DNA of 64,000 bases from Selaginella moellendorffii (lineage: Eukaryota; Plantae; Lycopodiophyta): assembly GCF_000143415.4 (NCBI RefSeq), contig NW_003314351.1, forward strand, positions 290,142-354,141, written 5' to 3'. The notes below the pieces were generated by a model, which worked only from the letters and a program-made list of their open reading frames with translations, made no database searches and was not told the origin of the DNA. Of the stretch, positions 59,031 to 64,000 are shown one piece after another. The position numbers were made by a program, and so were the translations under genes. The stretch's first letter is position 1. Each line of letters starts with the position of its first letter.

Positions 59031-62000
59031 TCAGGGACGAAGGATCAAACACGTAAATCAGTTTTTCTCCTTGGAGAAACAATTTGCAACGAGGTGTGAC
59101 ACATTACTCGTGTCCACAATATGCAATCAAGAGTCCTGACCTTGAAGCATATTGGAAATGATAGTCTTTAAAATAGTGAGTTATGGGATGGATAATGGTG
59201 AAGCGCTATACCATTTTGTTTAGGCTTGCTATTAAAGACTTGAGTTACAATGCTTAATTATTTTCCGGAGAACCTTGCTATTACTCTTTAAGTAGCTTAG
59301 TGTTAGATTAATTTTGAGTTTGGTCAAAAAGAGAATGGCATGAACTTGTCCATGTTGTGAACAAAAGTTAGTGGTATTAGGTATTGTAAATCATTATTAG
59401 TGAAGTGTGGCATTTATCATTTTGTCGAATTAAGTTGACACTTGATATTCACATAAACCTTTGAAGTAATGGCATGGGCATTACTCATGGTGTTGCTCAA
59501 TTGACGATCAAGTCATTGTGATTTCTTATATCATATTTATGTGATAAGGAACAATGTGTTTACGAAGTTGCTTAGTTAGATGATGATCAACCCCAAAATG
59601 GTTGAGGGTGAAACTAGTCTATTTACATTGAAGTAGCCTTGATTGGATTCTCAATAGTGGTCCATTATGTTAAACTTAAGTTGGTTCCTTAGTTCCTTAG
59701 GTTTGCCCATGAGGTGTTAGAAGGGGTTATAGCATTCATTTGCTATGGTTTATTGGTTTATCCATTAGCACTTGGAGTAGATTGTTGAATGGAAAAAGTG
59801 TGTTATTGAGGCATTGGCATTGCTAGCACTTGTGTTAGTGGAAGTGACATTATTATTTTGAGTGATGAGGAATTGTCTTTAGATCTTGATTTTCCATATT
59901 ATTTTTCTTGTTAGTCTTTTGGCTTCACATTAGATCTTAAAGATGGTTGAAGAAGAGTGTTAGTGCAATATGGATATCCAAAGATATGGTCTTCGTGATC
60001 AAGCCTTTGATGTTTATTTTGCATTTTGCAAATGTTGGTGTAAGAATCGGAAATATGGGCATGATGTTTGATGCTTAAGCACACTATAGGTCTCAAGAAT
60101 TTGTGTTGAGGTGAACGTATATAAAGTTGTTAGTATGAGGAAGTTGATTGAGTTTTGAAAGTTTGCATTCTTGAACTGAGAGTCATTCTTTCTGTAGGAT
60201 AGAAAAATTTCCATAAATTTTCTAAGACTTTCTCAATGGCTGATTTATTGTTACTTTGCTCGAAAACCTTTCTGTTTTCATAAGTTAGTACAAACTAGTG
60301 AAGGGGTTGGAGTTGGCTTTGGTTAGCTTAGATCTTAGTAAGTAGTTTGTATAATGCAACCCGAAAGGGATGTTGACTTTTGGGGCTAAAGCAATTAAGT
60401 TGAATAGAGTCTGGAGTTGGTGAAGAAAAGTGGCCATTGCACTTTTCTAAGAAGGGTGACCCTTATGTTTTTCTTTTGTAACATTGTGCTTGGTGGCAAG
60501 TTGCACTTTGCATTTTGTTAGACTCTATGAGAGTAGTAAGTTCTCACTGATCTTGACTTGGTCTTGGTAGCCCTGCACCTTGGATAAGGATGGTGATGTC
60601 TAACTTAGTTGTTTGAGGTTGAGATGTTGATACCTGTATTATAACTTTGTCTATGAGGAGGTTGTGTACCAATATGAGTTCATCTCATGGTCTTCACTTT
60701 AGTTTCGACTAAGTGTTGATTATGCATAGCTAGCCTCTTGAGGCATGCTTAGAGCTATTGGCTAAACACATTAGTGAGCTTATTGCGGTTGAGTTGGATT
60801 CGAGTGGTTATTTAGTTTGTGCTTGTCTATGAACTTTTATCTCGTATCTGGGGTATTACATTCATATTAGACAAATATATAACTTGATGGTGTGGGTTTA
60901 GTGTTTAAATCTTATGAAAGCAAGTTGAAGAGTGATTGTTAGTTGCTCTGCAATTAATGATTGCTTATAGATTTTGTCGAGGATTGTTAGACACTTGTTT
61001 CGCTCAATGATAATTTAGTAGTGATAGGCTTGCTTTACCAAATAGTGTTGCGGAGGATTGTGTCGTTAGACTTACATAAGTTTTCTATGTTGGCATGTCG
61101 ATTCTACCTCTATTGATATCATTTTGTTGTGTTTAGTCCATGGTATTGGATTTCATGGAGACTTGGATGTGGTGATTCACTCCTTGATAATGTGTTATCT
61201 ATAACTGAGTATTGCTGAAGGTTTAGTCTCGGATACTGAATAAGGTATTTTTTACTTTGGTTAGCTTGGTTGCTAGGGAGTTTTGAGTGGTGATTCACCG
61301 TTGCTTTCTTCTAGCTTTATTATGGTGTTGATGGCATTGAAGTGATGACTTATCGTTGACATTATTATTGCTGAGATTTGAGTGAAATAAGATGTCTCTT
61401 CATCAGATTGATATTGAGTTTCATTAGTCTCGATGCAAATAGTGTTAATACTTGGGCTGTATCTTTGTGTTAGCAGCACTCGTGCATTTGCTAGTTAGCA
61501 ATTGTATTGATGTTCTAATGAACTTAGTGGCAAATTGAGTTAGTTATGTTCTAAACGAGATTGTTTAGTAGGGGTTGAGTTTTGAGCTTTTCCTTGAAAA
61601 GTGATTTAATCGTGGACTATGCTAGCTTTATGAGAGAAAGAGTTAGTAATCAATATTGAAGTGATTGAATCCTTGTTAGATTTCAGTTGAGATATATTAA
61701 TCATTAATGATTTTTCTTGTGCTTGTTATTTAGTGAATTATGTCTTGCTACAGATAGATTCATGGAGGATCGTTTGGTGATCACTTGTTAAGTATAGCTT
61801 TGTTATGTTTAGTTTTTGGATTGAGGCAAACATGCTCTTTATTAGCTTTGCATTATGAAATTTAACTTCTGGATGTGTTGAGGAGGATATTGTGGGTTAT
61901 ATAATGATTTCTTCTTTAGCATTGAAGTTAGTTCAAATAAGACTCATGATCATTATTAGGCAAAACTTGGCTATAGGCTTCTTCGAGTTGGTTCTTTGAG

Positions 62001-63003
62001 TTTTTATGCTCATTGTTCCATTTGTTAGAAGTTGTTAGGGAAAGCATTTTGGCTTGTTAGCTTCGATGTTAAAATTGACTTTTGCATCTGGCAATCATTA
62101 ATGGTGATTGACTATCGTCTAGGATAGTTGATTATCCTTATCAAAAGATTTGTTTGGTTATTAATATAGAATGATGTGCCATTCTTCAGAATGGTGGATT
62201 TTTTCTTCAATAATGACTATGCATTGCTCTTTTGATAGGAGGATTGATGATCTTTCATGATAGTTAATTGTTCTTTTTGATGGCTTATGGCTTTTCGTAA
62301 TACCACATGTTCTTTATGGTTTGTTTTAGATTGGTCTCTTGGGTTTGAGATATCGATAAGATGTTACTAACACTTGCTTAAGCAACTTTGGTTCCTTGGT
62401 ATTATTGATCATGATCTATTTAAATTGGCTAGTGTGATAATTAGCATGAATGAGTGTTTGTTAGTTTTGCAACATTCATTTTATTATATTGATTGTTACT
62501 CGAGCTAGTTCTAATAGATTTGGATGTTATTTCCTTCGAGTAATACATTCGCGAGCATTTTGCTTGCCAGTCAATGATACTTGTGTTCCTTGAGATGTCT
62601 TTGGTAAGTTGTTTGGTATACTGTCTACAATATTCAGTAGTTAAGTTTTCTCATTAAGTTTACTTGATAATGTACTTGCTATTGAATGTTGTTGGATAAT
62701 GACTCTTGTCTTTATCAATTATGATGATCTTGGTGGTTTTTATACTATACTTCTAGTTTATCAGATGATAACTTACTTGGAATACTTTTGTGTTCTAATC
62801 TAAGATTTATTCATTAATAATTAAGACTCTAAGAAATGACTTTGATATTGTCCATGTATTAATCTTGCGTTTGTGCGTTTGGGCCAGTATAGGCAAACTA
62901 ACTTCAGCACTTTGTGTGCATGGTGAAATCTCTAATCATGGGGTAGCTATTGTCGACTGGTCACATCACCTACCTCTCTATCAATGTTCTTTATTCCATT
63001 AAA
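59031..63003 (-). pseudogene. Decayed long ORF (about 1,300 codons or more) of unknown family inside the LTR element
   Basis: One minus frame reads protein-like from the gap to about 59700 and includes track ORFs 61273-61479 and 59911-60096; it resumes after an 8-bp tandem duplication at 59685-59700; strong A/C strand bias. Confidence 0.5.
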
Positions 63004-63233
63004 NNNNNNNNNNNNNNNNNNNNNNNNNNNNNNNNNNNNNNNNNNNNNNNNNNNNNNNNNNNNNNNNNNNNNNNNNNNNNNNNNNNNNNNNNNNNNNNNN
63101 NNNNNNNNNNNNNNNNNNNNNNNNNNNNNNNNNNNNNNNNNNNNNNNNNNNNNNNNNNNNNNNNNNNNNNNNNNNNNNNNNNNNNNNNNNNNNNNNNNNN
63201 NNNNNNNNNNNNNNNNNNNNNNNNNNNNNNNNN
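63004..63233. other. Assembly gap (230 N)
   Basis: Run of N. Confidence 1.
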
Positions 63234-64000
63234 TGCAAATATGACTTCAGGTATCAAAAGTTCCCTGTCGGTCAGTCCTTATAGACACTCTTTCCTTACT
63301 GCCACGATGACAGAAGATCGGTATTGTTGGACCCTTTATCAATCCCTCTTGTTCAAGTGTTAGTAAACTGAACTTTGCATCTATATGAGCATAAGGATGG
63401 AATTCCTAAGTGTCTATTTAGCCAAGCATACTTGGTCCAGCTTTTTAGTTCTCTTTGGCTCTGTTTTGCATTGGCTTGACAAGAACCCTCATATATTGAG
63501 ACTAGTCCCTCAATATCACTGGATGATAGCTTATTGTGTCTGCCAAACACCCTCGCTATTATGCCCTTTATATTAGTCTCATTTTGGTCCCAAATGCTAT
63601 TTATGGAAAGTGTCTAGATTTGCTCATTTGGCACAATGGTGTTCATCCTGTGTTTAAATTCGCAATCTAAGGACATTCCATATTTAGTAAGTTTTGAACT
63701 TGTCCCAGAGACTAACTCTTGGTACTAAAGGAGGCTTAGGGTGAAAGCCCAAAGCATGTGTTCCTCAAGGGGGGGGGGATATGGGGGGTTCCAAATATAT
63801 AGTAGGGATAGTGGGTAATTTGGGCATGGTTGACCAACATAAAGCATAGTTTAGCTTTTGCTTGCATGCCTGTCCTTGTTTTGCGTTTGGCTTGGGTCTA
63901 AGCCCAAGTTCCATTCCATGCTAATTGGTGGAATACCCATATCCTTGCATTATGCCACCAGTATGCTGAAATAGCACCAAACTCCATTTGGCTTCGTTTT

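Larger units (their letters stand above)
57914..64000 (+). mobile_element. Probable non-autonomous LTR element: LTR, PBS-like site, about 5 kb interior, PPT, LTR (runs off the window)
   Basis: Direct repeats starting at about 57914 and 63780, each preceded by a G-rich PPT; TGGTATTGGAGT at 58451 (compare iMet PBS TGGTATCAGAGC); no sense gag/pol recognised. Confidence 0.6.

Noticed and set aside
59031-63003. LINE ORF2 or RNA-virus polymerase as the identity of the fossil ORF
   Set aside because: No endonuclease, RT (YADD), GDN/SDD/GDD or helicase motifs seen in hand translation; left unassigned.
62950-63363. ORFs spanning the N run
   Set aside because: Artefacts of the assembly gap.

Overview
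Eukaryotic plant nuclear DNA. The very short introns (45-70 nt), tiny intergenic gaps and SS-motif-rich PLS-PPR genes point to the lycophyte Selaginella (inference). Bases 1-51 kb are gene-dense: DUF2358, DEAD-box RH18, RZ-1, five PPR genes, HYPK, SUVR5, an O-methyltransferase, a BAHD acyltransferase plus its pseudogene, two dirigent-type genes, TOM2B, a CCCH-WD40 protein, a divergent RPB9-like subunit, MRNIP, SufC, a CYP86-clan P450, an alpha/beta-hydrolase, a VIRILIZER-like gene and ACL5. At 30.6-32 kb there is a patchwork of deleted copies of local genes. Bases 51-64 kb are decayed and repeat-rich: a 25S rDNA fragment, a transportin-1 fragment, Ty3/gypsy debris and a three-copy LTR-associated repeat. 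The most unusual object is a probable non-autonomous LTR element whose interior looks like one decayed antisense ORF of about 1,300 or more codons that I cannot assign to any family. All family assignments come from remembered motifs, not database searches.
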